Shown: positions 21,454-31,196 of the stretch, piece after piece
How the letters are laid out: every line of letters begins with the position of its first letter
Position numbering within the stretch: position 1 is the first letter of the stretch
DNA from: an uncultured Gammaproteobacteria bacterium
GTDB taxonomy: Bacteria > Patescibacteriota > Patescibacteriia > UBA9934 > GWF2-40-263
Assembly (NCBI GenBank): GCA_964399675.1
Contig: CAYNRK010000003.1
Coordinates: 9,033 to 73,032 of the forward strand
Direction: 5' to 3'
Length of the DNA: 64,000 nucleotides
Position numbers and translations under genes: made by a program
The notes under the pieces: generated by a model
Told to the model about the DNA's origin: nothing
Seen by the model: the letters and a program-made list of their open reading frames with translations, nothing else
The model's database searches: none

Positions 21454-22398
21454 ATGAAAAACTTGCTGTGCCTCGCGCTTATGGCGCTCGCCCTGATTTG
21501 GGGTAGCACAGCGAGTGCTACCTGCAAGTCATCCACCATCATCGAGGAGCTCGCAGAAGCCGAAAGCAAAGGCGAGACGGCTTTTGCAGACATGGATCTG
21601 GACGGTCTGCGTGCTCAGGCAAAGAAAGCTCGTGAGATCCTCGCGTGTCTTTCCGAGCCGGTCAATTCAAAGCACGCGGCTGCGTTCCATCGTCTGATGG
21701 CACTCGAAGCGTTCACACATCAGAACGACGATCGTGTGATCGCTGAGTTTCACGCAGCTCGTAAGCTCGATCCCGGCTACCAGTTCCCAGAGGATGTGGC
21801 TGGTGAAGACCATCCGGTTCGCGAGCTCTACAAACGAGCCGCAACAGCCGAAGACGGTGAGCTGCAAACGGTCTACCCACCCAAGGGTGGGTACGCAACC
21901 GTTGGTGGTGTGCGTGGTGCTCCGCGTCCGGAAAAGACGCCGGTCATCATCCAGGTCTTTACCAAGCGTGGAAAGATCAAGGGGACGCACTACATCGAGT
22001 CAGGCAAGTCGCTTGGCAAACTCGGTAAGCCTCCGGTCAAGCTTGTGGCCAAGGTCATCCCACCTTTGCCACCGGAAGGCTGGGCAAAGCCGAATCGTTG
22101 GTACTACACTGCAGCAGCTTCGGCTGCTCTGGCTGGAGTTCTCTACGCTGCGGCACTTCAGCAGAAGTCGGAATTCGAAGACACAAGCGGGACTGACACT
22201 GCGTCGTCCGACAAGGACCTTGCAGGCTACAAGTCGCGCGCAAACGGATTGGGCTACGCTTCTGTAGCTCTTGGCAGCTTGGGTGTCATTGCCACTGGCA
22301 TTGGCTTTACCTTGCAGCTCAACTTCAGCGGAGACGAGAAGGCCACAAAGGTCTCGTTCACCCCAAGCATGGGCAGGGGGTTTGCCAATGTTCGATGA
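21454..22398 (+). CDS. secreted protein (signal peptide MKNLLCLALMALALIWGSTASA), high-GC island gene
   Basis: RBS GGGAGT precedes the ATG at 21454. AT-rich promoter-like TTGACA at 21377. C-terminal TM-like segment. The stop overlaps the start of the downstream kinase gene (ATGTTCGATGA). Confidence 0.6.
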   Translation: MKNLLCLALMALALIWGSTASATCKSSTIIEELAEAESKGETAFADMDLDGLRAQAKKAREILACLSEPVNSKHAAAFHRLMALEAFTHQNDDRVIAEFHAARKLDPGYQFPEDVAGEDHPVRELYKRAATAEDGELQTVYPPKGGYATVGGVRGAPRPEKTPVIIQVFTKRGKIKGTHYIESGKSLGKLGKPPVKLVAKVIPPLPPEGWAKPNRWYYTAAASAALAGVLYAAALQQKSEFEDTSGTDTASSDKDLAGYKSRANGLGYASVALGSLGVIATGIGFTLQLNFSGDEKATKVSFTPSMGRGFANVR

Positions 22399-24265
22399 TC
22401 CAGAAGTCCTGATGGGCATGATCCGAGCTCATGGTCGCTTTGAGCCGATCAAGATGGTTGGCGAAGGCGGAATGGGTACCGTGGTCAAGGTTCGCGATCC
22501 TCGCCTGAGGGCAATTCGTGCCATGAAGGTGATCAATCCGGACATGGCTGATCACGATCTGGTCAAGCGTCGGTTTGAGGCTGAGGCAGCCTTGACCGAC
22601 AAGGTGACACATCCCAATATCGTGCGCGTGTACGACATTGGTGAGCTCACACATCCTGACACCGGGATCGAGTTCTTGTACATTGTCATCGAATGGGTCG
22701 ATGGTGGTTCGCTTGCGGATCACATCGAGGCGTTTGGGGCAATGCCGGAACAACAGGCTCTTGCGGTCACGATCGCGATCCTGAATGGGCTCGGGTGTGC
22801 GCACGAAGCCGGTGTTATTCATCGCGACATCAAGCCGGACAACATCCTGCTTACTTCAGGGGAGGTCTCCAAGATCGCGGACTTTGGCATTGCTCAAGGT
22901 CAGGACGCTACTCACAAAACCCGGTCTGGTATCGCACTAGGAACCATTGGGTTCATGCCTCCTGAGCAGATGATCGACGCAGCTTCTGTGGACGCTCGCG
23001 CTGATCTCTACGCCGTAGGGATGACTCTGTGGAACATGCTTAGCGGCAAAAGGCCGCCGAGCGATAATCTGGTCTGGTATCTCAATTTCCTGAGCGAAGC
23101 TTGGGTCATGGAGGGAATCGATCACCAGCTGGTTGCAGTCCTCAAAAGGGCCTGTGCAGAAAAGCCGGCGGGTCGATACCAGAGCTGTGCAGAGCTTGTC
23201 CAGGTTCTCACACAAGCGCTTGGCTCGTTCGGCGCACTCAGTCAAGGCACCCCTCTTCTGGGCAGCATGCCTGAGATGGTGGTCGAGGCAACCGGCCTTG
23301 TTCCAGGTGTGGCCAGGATGGTGGCTGCAATCGATGCGGTTGATGACGACCTGCCGTTTGAGCCACCTGCTGGTTCGGTCAGGCTTCAGCCTTCAGGGGG
23401 ACAGGTCGACGCCACTGTTCGGAATCCTGCCACTGAGATAGCTGGATCCCCACCTCTTCTTGTCAGCAGCACACCTCCACCGAGCGTGAGTTCTCAGCCT
23501 AGTGTGCGCGCAGCAACAGATCCGCACAGGGATCTTGCGTACGCACACACCCACGTGGCTTCAGCAGACAGCGTGCCCAGCACTGGAACGCTTGCAGAAG
23601 CTGCTGGTGAGACCATTCGCAATGGTGACCTCGATGTGCCAGGCTCTGTCACCAAGGGGCGACGTTCAGCCGGAATCCTGGCTGTGGCAGCGCTTGCGCT
23701 GCTTGGTGGCCTGGCTTCGCTCGCGGTCTTCGGTATTCCGCGGCTCACCAGCGAGTCACCTGGACATGCTGCTACTCAGACTGATCCGCAGGTGACTCAG
23801 CCAACCGCGCCGGTTGCTCGTGCAGTCATCACACCACAGCCGGCAACACCTCTCGAAGAGGTGCCAAAGCCTGAGCGTCCATCAGTTGCATCTGGGTACG
23901 GTGCAAAGGTGGCGAGTGGCAAAGCACCAGAGATCAGTGTGGGGCCAAAGGAAGAGGTTCCCAAGCCTGCTTCAAAGGCAAAGAAGAAGGCCAGGAAGAA
24001 GCGCAAGAAGCGCAAAAAGGCCAAGGCAGCTGTTGAGGCAAAGGTCCGTGTTGGACTCAAGCTTCCAGCAAATGACCCGGCCAAGGTCTGGTTGGTTGGC
24101 AAAGCTGGTACGTCCAAGTTGCCGGCCAAGGTGCCTCCTGGCACTTACAAGGTCAAGGCCAAGTTCAAGGATCGGCCACCCAAGGTGGTCATCTCCTCAT
24201 ACACGGTTCAGGCCGGCAGCACGCCGCGCCTGAAGTGCTCATCCTCGTTTGCACGCTGCAAGTGA
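22388..24265 (+). CDS. Hanks-type Ser/Thr protein kinase with Pro-rich linker, single TM helix and Lys-rich C-terminal tail
   Basis: Gly-loop VGEGGMGTVVKV, catalytic HRDIKPDNILL, DFG (KIADFGIAQ). TM segment AGILAVAALALLGGLASLAVFG; KKKARKKRKKRKKAK tail. GC about 60%. Confidence 0.85.
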   Translation: MFDDPEVLMGMIRAHGRFEPIKMVGEGGMGTVVKVRDPRLRAIRAMKVINPDMADHDLVKRRFEAEAALTDKVTHPNIVRVYDIGELTHPDTGIEFLYIVIEWVDGGSLADHIEAFGAMPEQQALAVTIAILNGLGCAHEAGVIHRDIKPDNILLTSGEVSKIADFGIAQGQDATHKTRSGIALGTIGFMPPEQMIDAASVDARADLYAVGMTLWNMLSGKRPPSDNLVWYLNFLSEAWVMEGIDHQLVAVLKRACAEKPAGRYQSCAELVQVLTQALGSFGALSQGTPLLGSMPEMVVEATGLVPGVARMVAAIDAVDDDLPFEPPAGSVRLQPSGGQVDATVRNPATEIAGSPPLLVSSTPPPSVSSQPSVRAATDPHRDLAYAHTHVASADSVPSTGTLAEAAGETIRNGDLDVPGSVTKGRRSAGILAVAALALLGGLASLAVFGIPRLTSESPGHAATQTDPQVTQPTAPVARAVITPQPATPLEEVPKPERPSVASGYGAKVASGKAPEISVGPKEEVPKPASKAKKKARKKRKKRKKAKAAVEAKVRVGLKLPANDPAKVWLVGKAGTSKLPAKVPPGTYKVKAKFKDRPPKVVISSYTVQAGSTPRLKCSSSFARCK

Positions 24266-24285
24266 GAGATCGGGCACAACTCTCA

Positions 24286-24308
24286 GCGAGACTTCGGTCT
24301 CGCTTTTC
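24286..24308 (+). terminator. rho-independent terminator (agcgagac-ttcg-gtctcgct-TTTT)
   Basis: Perfect 8-bp stem with UUCG loop and U-tract, 20 nt after the kinase stop. Confidence 0.7.
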
Positions 24309-24385
24309 AATTACCCTCCGTCGCCCTTTGGGCTTTGATGGGCAAGCTTCACTTTTTTTGAGAAATCGGGCAATATAGGGGGCGT

Positions 24386-25645
24386 ATGATTGATTTAAAA
24401 CTTATTCTTGAGCAACCAGAAATGGTTGAAACTAATAACAAAAATAGAGGTATTGAGCTTGATGTTCAATCTGCTGTTAAGCTTGCAAAAAAACGATCTG
24501 TGCAAATGGAAGAGGTTCAGGTGCTTCGAACTCAAGCTAATGAGATTGCAGGACAAACTTCCAAAGCAAGCGATTCAGATCGCCCAGAACTTGTTAAAAA
24601 AGGAAAAGCGCTCAAGGCAGAGATTAAAATCGCTGAGACAGCACTTTCCAAAGTTGAAGAGGCTTTGAACAACGAACTTCTAAAATACCCAAACGTTTTG
24701 CGTGAGGATGTGCCAATTGGTAGGGATGAGTCAGTTAATGAGGTTATTGAAACTGTTGGCAAACCAACAGAACTTTCTTTTGAACCAAAAGATCATTTGG
24801 AACTTGGCGAGGCATTGGGAATTATTGATATGGAGCGTGCAGCAAAAGTTTCTGGAGCTCGGTTTGTGTATCTTAAAGGCGACGCTGTGCTGTTAGAGTT
24901 TGCGCTTGTTAATCTTGCGCTTGAAATTGCTACAAAGCATGGTTTTGTTCCTGTTATTCCTCCGCATCTTATTTCAACAAAAGCAATGGGTGCTATGGGA
25001 TATTTGGCACATGGTGGGGAAGAGGAGATCTATCATTTGAAAAACGATGACGCAGTGCTTATTGGAACGTCCGAGCAGGTGATTGGTCCAATGCATATGG
25101 ATGAAATTCTTGATGAAAAAAAGTTACCGCTTCGTTATGTTGGTTTTTCACCGTGTTATCGTCGTGAAGCTGGAAGTTATGGAAAAGATACGCGCGGTAT
25201 TTTGCGCATGCACCAATTTGATAAAGTGGAAATGTTTAGTTTTACTTCACCTGAAAAATCTGATGAAGAGCATGAGCTAATATTGTCTGTTCAAAAAGAA
25301 CTTATGGATGAACTAAAGCTTCCATATCAAGTTGTAAGACTAAGTTCTGGTGATACCGGTGCTCCGTCGGCTCGAACATATGATATTGAAACCTGGATTC
25401 CATCTCAAAAAACTTATCGAGAAACTCATTCAACTTCTAATACAACAGATTTTCAAACACGACGTCTTGGTACACGTATTAAGAAAAAAGGAAAAAACGA
25501 ATTTGCACATGCGCTTAATGGAACAGCTTTTGCAATTGGCAGAACATTGATTGCAATTCTTGAAAACAATCAACAAGAAGATGGTTCGGTTTTAGTGCCA
25601 GAGGTTTTGCAAAAGTGGATAGGAAAAGACAAGTTAGTTTCATGA
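24386..25645 (+). CDS. serS: seryl-tRNA synthetase
   Basis: N-terminal coiled-coil arm; class II motifs ...FSPCYRREAGSYGKDTRGILRMHQFDKVEMF...GRTLIAILENNQ. AT-rich, host-like codon usage. Confidence 0.93.
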   Translation: MIDLKLILEQPEMVETNNKNRGIELDVQSAVKLAKKRSVQMEEVQVLRTQANEIAGQTSKASDSDRPELVKKGKALKAEIKIAETALSKVEEALNNELLKYPNVLREDVPIGRDESVNEVIETVGKPTELSFEPKDHLELGEALGIIDMERAAKVSGARFVYLKGDAVLLEFALVNLALEIATKHGFVPVIPPHLISTKAMGAMGYLAHGGEEEIYHLKNDDAVLIGTSEQVIGPMHMDEILDEKKLPLRYVGFSPCYRREAGSYGKDTRGILRMHQFDKVEMFSFTSPEKSDEEHELILSVQKELMDELKLPYQVVRLSSGDTGAPSARTYDIETWIPSQKTYRETHSTSNTTDFQTRRLGTRIKKKGKNEFAHALNGTAFAIGRTLIAILENNQQEDGSVLVPEVLQKWIGKDKLVS

Positions 25646-25714
25646 TGTTATACACACAATTATTTCCGGATTTTGGCGGACAAAAAAACAAACTAAGTTC
25701 AGCTAAAAAAAGGT

Positions 25715-25743
25715 ATGACAAAACTTGTCATGTCGAAATGACA
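25715..25743. promoter_or_regulatory. operator-like alternating inverted repeats ATGACA-N5-TGTCAT-N6-ATGACA
   Basis: atgacaaaacttgtcatgtcgaaatgaca, seen directly in the intergenic region upstream of the M23/T4SS-like gene block. Confidence 0.4.
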
Positions 25744-25772
25744 TAAACAAAAAAATCGCTAAAATTAGCCAA

Positions 25773-25801
25773 AAATCACTTGACTTTCAAGTGATTTTTT
25801 G
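25773..25801 (+). terminator. rho-independent terminator (aatcacttg-actt-tcaagtgatt-TTTTT)
   Basis: 9-10 bp stem followed by a U-tract, downstream of serS. Confidence 0.6.
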
Positions 25802-26001
25802 ATGTCCTGAAATTAGACAGGAGGAAAAAAGCTTGTCGCCGGCCAAAAACACCTGTCATGTGCGAGGGGAAATCGCATGGCAAATAAGAACGATTTTTCT
25901 TCGGCATCGTGGATGTTTGGCTGATAAGGACTATGTCCTAAGTGGGACTCACTTGGAAGGGAGCAACCTGTGAGTCAATCCCGCATTTTTTACGAAGGTG
26001 C

Positions 26002-26041
26002 GGGGTCAACCACGTCGCTCGCGAGCGACGTGGTCAACCCC
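26002..26041. promoter_or_regulatory. 40-bp near-perfect palindrome (ggggtcaacc-cacgtcgctcgcgagcgacgtg-gtcaacccc) with a third GTCAACC copy inverted at 26082-26088
   Basis: The 22-bp core cacgtcgctcgcgagcgacgtg is exactly self-complementary. It lies in the GC-rich leader about 95 bp upstream of the M23 peptidase start. Confidence 0.5.
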
Positions 26042-26136
26042 ACTCGGATCGGTGCGCACAGGCCTAGTGCACCGTCCGAGGTGGTTGACCAAAAAGGTCA
26101 GTCTGGCTCGATTGTACCTTACAACAGGAGAGAGGC

Positions 26137-28125
26137 ATGAACACGCTCAGAATTCGGTTTTTCTTTTACTTCCTCTGTGCTCAGGCCTTCTTGGCGTTTG
26201 TGATGATCATGATGGCCTGCACAGAGTCGGTGGATGTCTCCTCAAGAGAGCATTCATTCGAAGGTGGTGGTGTCTACAGGACAACGATCCATCTTCCCGG
26301 TTCGCCAGCAGTGGAGCTTCAGTGCGTGCAAGGTGTTGGCGGTTCCTACTCGCACACTTCTCGATCGACCTACTACGATATCGATCTTGACACCTCGAAC
26401 ATCCGTGATGAGAGCGTGTACGCGCCGGCTGATGGGATCGCTTTCGTTCATATGCACAACTCGCATATGAACTTTGGAAAGCATGTGAACATTGACCTGG
26501 GCGATGGCACGTACGTGGTGATTGCGCACATGTCAAAGATCGTGGTCTCTGACAACGCTGAAGTGGCAACCGGACAGCTACTAGGGCTTGAAGGATGCAC
26601 TGGATCCTGCACAGGCGATCACATTCATGTCGGTCTTCACAGAGGGAATGCGGCTCAACCTGCGCAGTATGGTGAGTCTGTTCCTGTTCGATACCATGTA
26701 GCGGATAACACAGAGCCGCGCGGACACAAGCCGCTTGATGTTGAAGAGACGGTCTGTGGTCTCCGAGCATTCGGAGACAACCAAAACGGGCAGTTCTATA
26801 CCTCTGCACTTGACGTAACGCTTTTCCATCCAAACGGCACGCTTGTGAAGACGTCAAACAACGCACGTGTGTATCTCATTGACAACGGTCAATTGCGACA
26901 CATTGCAAACGAACGAACGTTTCACTCATACGGCTACAGTTTCATGGACGTTGCCATCATTTCAGATGAAGAACGCTCATGTTACCCCGAGGGTCCCGTG
27001 CTTGACCTTGTGGGTATGGTGGATGCTGTTACGGATGACAACGATCAGATTTGGCTACTGGTTGGTCCAAGGCAAAGGAGCGACCGGTATCGTATCCGCG
27101 TCAGAAACGAAGCGTTTGAGCAGGTGCTTGAGTCCTGGGGAGTCAACGTTGGTCTTCAAGGACCTCGACAGGTTCGCTCAAATGCACGCGAGCTTGCTCA
27201 GTGGCCTGTGAGATCCGGAACAGCTCGATTCCGAGATGGAAGTCTTGTCAGAGAGCAAGATCGTTCGGATGTCTATCTGATCTCAGACTCTGTTGCGCTT
27301 CCGATTGCGAACTGGCAGACGTATCTGCGTCTTGGGTTTTACGATCGACAAGTGCTCATGGTTGGAAACGGTGAGCTAGCACAGGTTCAGCGAGCAGCTG
27401 GCAATTGCCTGGTGGGCAGCAACTGCTTGGACGGATACAACATCAGTGTGTGCGGAAACGACTTGAGGCTGGATCTCAGGCATGAGTCAGACACCAGCGG
27501 CGATCTACAAGTTGCTGGATTTCGTGAAAACGAAAACGAGGAACACAATGGCGAAAAAGAAGAGCAAGAAGGTGATGGGGAGAGTGAGGAGGAGGTGGTT
27601 GCAGGTACCACTCTGGACGAAAGCGAGGATGAAGAACGTGAGATTGAAGCAGGTGTAACTCCTCTTTGCAACGGCCAGGACGCATGCCTACACGACAACG
27701 ACGGTGATGACAAGGCCGAGTTCCTTCTGATGCGAAATCATCAGTGGTTGAATCCGGACTTGCACGATGAGTTCGCGGTTGTTTACGGCAACGGAGGTTG
27801 CTTTAACAATCGTTTCGAGCCAGGTGACGTTTTCTATCCAAGAGACGGTTACTACTGGATCGATTTCACTGTCTTTGACAGACCGTGCAGCAGTGAGCTC
27901 ACACTCATCTCTGTGGTCGGCACTGACGGCGAAGATCCACGTCCTTCAATGGACAACTGGTACTGGTGGCAGAATGCACCGTTCTGTTCGCAAGGCTCCA
28001 TGCTTTGCAATCTCATGAACAACGGTGTGCCATGGGAAGAGTGGTTGGTTTCGGTTGCCTGGCATCCGGATCAAGGCCTCTTGCCAAACGGCAACGGCTT
28101 CACACGAAATACTCAGCTTCACTGA
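26137..28125 (+). CDS. secreted M23-family (LytM-like) peptidoglycan metalloendopeptidase, high-GC gene with acidic E/D-rich region
   Basis: Signal peptide. HxxxD (SHTSRSTYYDIDLD) and HxH (GDHIHVGLH) zinc-site motifs typical of M23. RBS AGGAGAGAGG. GC about 55%, against about 38% in flanking genes. Confidence 0.7.
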   Translation: MNTLRIRFFFYFLCAQAFLAFVMIMMACTESVDVSSREHSFEGGGVYRTTIHLPGSPAVELQCVQGVGGSYSHTSRSTYYDIDLDTSNIRDESVYAPADGIAFVHMHNSHMNFGKHVNIDLGDGTYVVIAHMSKIVVSDNAEVATGQLLGLEGCTGSCTGDHIHVGLHRGNAAQPAQYGESVPVRYHVADNTEPRGHKPLDVEETVCGLRAFGDNQNGQFYTSALDVTLFHPNGTLVKTSNNARVYLIDNGQLRHIANERTFHSYGYSFMDVAIISDEERSCYPEGPVLDLVGMVDAVTDDNDQIWLLVGPRQRSDRYRIRVRNEAFEQVLESWGVNVGLQGPRQVRSNARELAQWPVRSGTARFRDGSLVREQDRSDVYLISDSVALPIANWQTYLRLGFYDRQVLMVGNGELAQVQRAAGNCLVGSNCLDGYNISVCGNDLRLDLRHESDTSGDLQVAGFRENENEEHNGEKEEQEGDGESEEEVVAGTTLDESEDEEREIEAGVTPLCNGQDACLHDNDGDDKAEFLLMRNHQWLNPDLHDEFAVVYGNGGCFNNRFEPGDVFYPRDGYYWIDFTVFDRPCSSELTLISVVGTDGEDPRPSMDNWYWWQNAPFCSQGSMLCNLMNNGVPWEEWLVSVAWHPDQGLLPNGNGFTRNTQLH

Positions 28126-28229
28126 GTTTCGTCTCGCTGGACTCGGTAACTTGTCCAGCTTTTCTATTTAAAAAACATCCCCAATTTTTCTGCATATCCG
28201 AAAGGATTTATGATATAATTTCAACGGTT

Positions 28230-31163
28230 ATGCAAAACCTTTTTTTCCGTTTGATTGAAACGCTTTTGTTGTTATCTAAGCGTTTGAAATCGTTTACAAA
28301 CCGCAAGAGGAAACAAGCGGGAATTTTTGGTTTAATTACCTTTGTCGGTGTGTTTGTTGCAGCAAGGCCGGTGTTTGCTCAAACATCTGAGCCAGGTGTA
28401 TTGGCTTGGTTTTTTGAATTAATTGGAAATCTAGCCATTGCAATTGCAGGATTCCTTTCTCAAATGGTTGTCGCAATTATAAACGCGATCATACCGGTCA
28501 TGCTTTACAATGATTTCTCAAACAACCCAATTGTAAGTGCTGGTTGGGCAATTATGAGAGACACTGTGAACATGTTCTTTGTTATCATTCTTATCATTGT
28601 TGCTTTTGGAACTATTTTTGGACACTCTCGTTTTCAGTGGCAGCAGCAGATTCCAAAGCTCATGATCTTTGCGATTGTTATCAATTTTTCAAAAACACTT
28701 TGTGGACTCATGATTGATTTTGGACAGATCATCATGCTTACGTTTGCAAATGCACTTCAGGAAATTGCTGCCGGTAACTTTATACAACTTCTCGGACTAG
28801 GTGATATTTATTCAGTTAGTACTGCAACAGACAAAATGCAGAACCAAGGTGGTACAAGTGCATTTGACTGGATGGCAGCAGGCCTTGGTGCTGCATTTAT
28901 TATGTTGATAGTTTTTGTAACCATGGTGCTTTTGCTTGTGATTTTGTTGTATCGCATTGTGATGCTTTGGATTATGATCGTGCTTGCACCTCTTGCCTGG
29001 TTTGTTGGTGGGGCTGGTGGGGCAAATGGGATTGTGCGGTCCAATGCATATGCACAATGGTGGGAACGATTTAAGTGCTTGGTTGCAATTGGTCCTGTTC
29101 TTACGTTTTTTTTATGGCTAACTCTTGCTGTTGCCGGTGCCGGTAATGTTGCGCGCTCGACCGGTTTTAATGTTGGGTCTCCAACAGGGATTAAAAATCC
29201 ATCCGCCATTCTCTCTACAATTTTTGAGCTTGACAGATTTATTAGTTTTATAATTGGAATTGCCATGATCTACGCAGGTTTTGAAGCAGCTCAGCAGTTG
29301 TGTTCTTCAATGTCCGGATCGTTTTTGGGTAAGCAGCTTTCAGGCAAGTCACCGTTTAAAGCACCTGTTGTTAGGGGTGCTGCTGGAGCTGGTGCAAAAG
29401 TTGGTGCATGGGGTGCAAGACAGGCGTATAGACCAATTGGCGCTGCTGGCCGCGGTGTTCGACGTTCATTAGGTGCTGCTCTTGATCAAAAACAAAGCAC
29501 AGGGGGTCGTTGGAAATATACAAAACCATTTACAAGAAAAGGACGTGCTGATATTGCAAGAGCAGCAGTTGGTAAAGCACCAAAACCACTTCAGAAATTA
29601 ATTGCACCTGTTGTGCAAGGATATGCAACTGGTCAAGAACAAAAAACACGCGATGATGTTGCAAAAGCCGCAGAAAAATACAAAGACAGAGACAAATCAG
29701 TTAAGGTTGATCAATTGGAACGATTTGCTGAAGGTGGTGCCAGTACACTTACAGGCGGAAAGAATGAAGCAATGGGTCTTATGATGGAGGCTATGGGTGA
29801 TAAGGAAATGATGAAGCAGCTTAGGGCTTCGGGCGCTGGTGAAAAACTTTGGGAAGAAAACGGAGAGGATCTTAAGCGTGTATATGCCAGCGATTCAGCG
29901 TCAATGGATAAGATTGAAAAGTTTGAAAAAGAAAATGCTGATATAACCGGAGCAACTCATCTTATTAATGACGAACAAGATGTTCGCGATCTTTCAGATC
30001 AGGCTGTGGCAGATGGTGATGTAAGAGCAGCTATGAGAAGTAAGCAGATGAGGTATAAGGGTCAAGTGATGAATATGGAAGATGCTGCAGAGCAAGGTGC
30101 TTTCGGTGCTCGCAAACAAGCGATTGTACAAGAAGCAATGGCTGGTGGTAGTGGTAAAGGAGCTTTGTATGATCGCATGAGCAACAGAGAATTATCAAGA
30201 GTATCAACAGAGGCCCTTCTTTCAAGTGCTTCAGTTGCGACTCTTGCACGTGCGATGAAAGTAGCTACCCAACAAGGCAATGCCGGTCGTGCAGATGCGC
30301 TAAGCGCCGGTATTGCATCGGGTTCTACAGGCGCAGATTCAAATATGCAAATGGCAGACGGAAGAGATGCATTAGAGAGTGCTCAGTGGTCGTTCGAAGA
30401 TGTTCTTGCTGATGAAAGTGTTCCAGATACAGATCGAGCAAGAGTAGAGGACGTAGCCGGTCGTAATGCCGAACGATTGGAGGCTGCACAACAGACAAGT
30501 GCACCAATACTTGGCGAACATCCTGATCAATATGCTGATTCTGTTGTTTTGGCAGAAGAGGAAAGAACAACGCAATTGGTGGGTTATGATGCAATTCAGC
30601 CAATGAGCGCAGCTGCAATCGGGCAGAAATATGTTAAACGAGCCGGATTTGCTGATCAAAGTCAAGAAGAGGTTGGAAGAGCATTGCATGCGGCAGGAAA
30701 CACTGCAGATGCTGTTGATCAAGAAGCAGAAGGACAAAAGAAAGAGATTGCAGAAGCATCACCTGATATGAATCCTATTCTAACTGAATTTCAAAGATTA
30801 ACTGAGGAAATTGGAGGTCTTAGAGAATCGATCGAGACGCAGGTAGAGTCAGAGATGGCGCCAGAGACACAACAACTGGATGCGATTCAAAACCAACTTG
30901 CTTCTAGTGCTTTGGAGGGAGACCAAAGAGAAAAATATAAGATACAAGCCAAGGAAATAGCCAAGGCAATTAATCAGCGACGCTCTGAAGTTACTGATGG
31001 GACACAAATTATGAATTTAATGCGTCAGAAAGCTGCTTTGCAGATTCCTCCTGAACACAAAGATCTTACAGCCAGGATTGTGAAAACAAGTCAGGATAGG
31101 AGGGTTGCCCAAGCTACTGGTGCTGCACTTGAAGATGTTGGAAGAAAAAAGCGTGAAACATGA
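28230..31163 (+). CDS. VirB6/TrbL-like polytopic membrane protein with long hydrophilic C-terminal extension (T4SS-like component)
   Basis: Start at the ATG at 28230, preceded by TATAAT at 28214. The longer ORF-track start at 27966 runs back into the 3' end of the GC-rich M23 gene. At least 6 TM helices (..IVLAPLAWFVGGAGG..), then about 550 aa of charged coiled-coil-like sequence. Confidence 0.5.
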   Translation: MQNLFFRLIETLLLLSKRLKSFTNRKRKQAGIFGLITFVGVFVAARPVFAQTSEPGVLAWFFELIGNLAIAIAGFLSQMVVAIINAIIPVMLYNDFSNNPIVSAGWAIMRDTVNMFFVIILIIVAFGTIFGHSRFQWQQQIPKLMIFAIVINFSKTLCGLMIDFGQIIMLTFANALQEIAAGNFIQLLGLGDIYSVSTATDKMQNQGGTSAFDWMAAGLGAAFIMLIVFVTMVLLLVILLYRIVMLWIMIVLAPLAWFVGGAGGANGIVRSNAYAQWWERFKCLVAIGPVLTFFLWLTLAVAGAGNVARSTGFNVGSPTGIKNPSAILSTIFELDRFISFIIGIAMIYAGFEAAQQLCSSMSGSFLGKQLSGKSPFKAPVVRGAAGAGAKVGAWGARQAYRPIGAAGRGVRRSLGAALDQKQSTGGRWKYTKPFTRKGRADIARAAVGKAPKPLQKLIAPVVQGYATGQEQKTRDDVAKAAEKYKDRDKSVKVDQLERFAEGGASTLTGGKNEAMGLMMEAMGDKEMMKQLRASGAGEKLWEENGEDLKRVYASDSASMDKIEKFEKENADITGATHLINDEQDVRDLSDQAVADGDVRAAMRSKQMRYKGQVMNMEDAAEQGAFGARKQAIVQEAMAGGSGKGALYDRMSNRELSRVSTEALLSSASVATLARAMKVATQQGNAGRADALSAGIASGSTGADSNMQMADGRDALESAQWSFEDVLADESVPDTDRARVEDVAGRNAERLEAAQQTSAPILGEHPDQYADSVVLAEEERTTQLVGYDAIQPMSAAAIGQKYVKRAGFADQSQEEVGRALHAAGNTADAVDQEAEGQKKEIAEASPDMNPILTEFQRLTEEIGGLRESIETQVESEMAPETQQLDAIQNQLASSALEGDQREKYKIQAKEIAKAINQRRSEVTDGTQIMNLMRQKAALQIPPEHKDLTARIVKTSQDRRVAQATGAALEDVGRKKRET

Positions 31164-31196
31164 TTGAAAGAAAGTTATGCAACTTAAAAAATCAAC

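Noticed and set aside
25877-25927. 16-codon mini-ORF (MANKNDFSSASWMFG*) with an upstream GAGGGG in the leader of the M23 gene
   Set aside because: It is too short and unsupported to call as a leader peptide; it is noted only as a possibility.
27966-28229. N-terminal 88 codons of the ORF-track call 27966..31163
   Set aside because: This part overlaps the 3' end of the GC-rich M23 gene in another frame and has GC-rich antisense-like composition. A -10 TATAAT at 28214 and the ATG at 28230 mark the plausible start of the AT-rich VirB6-like gene.
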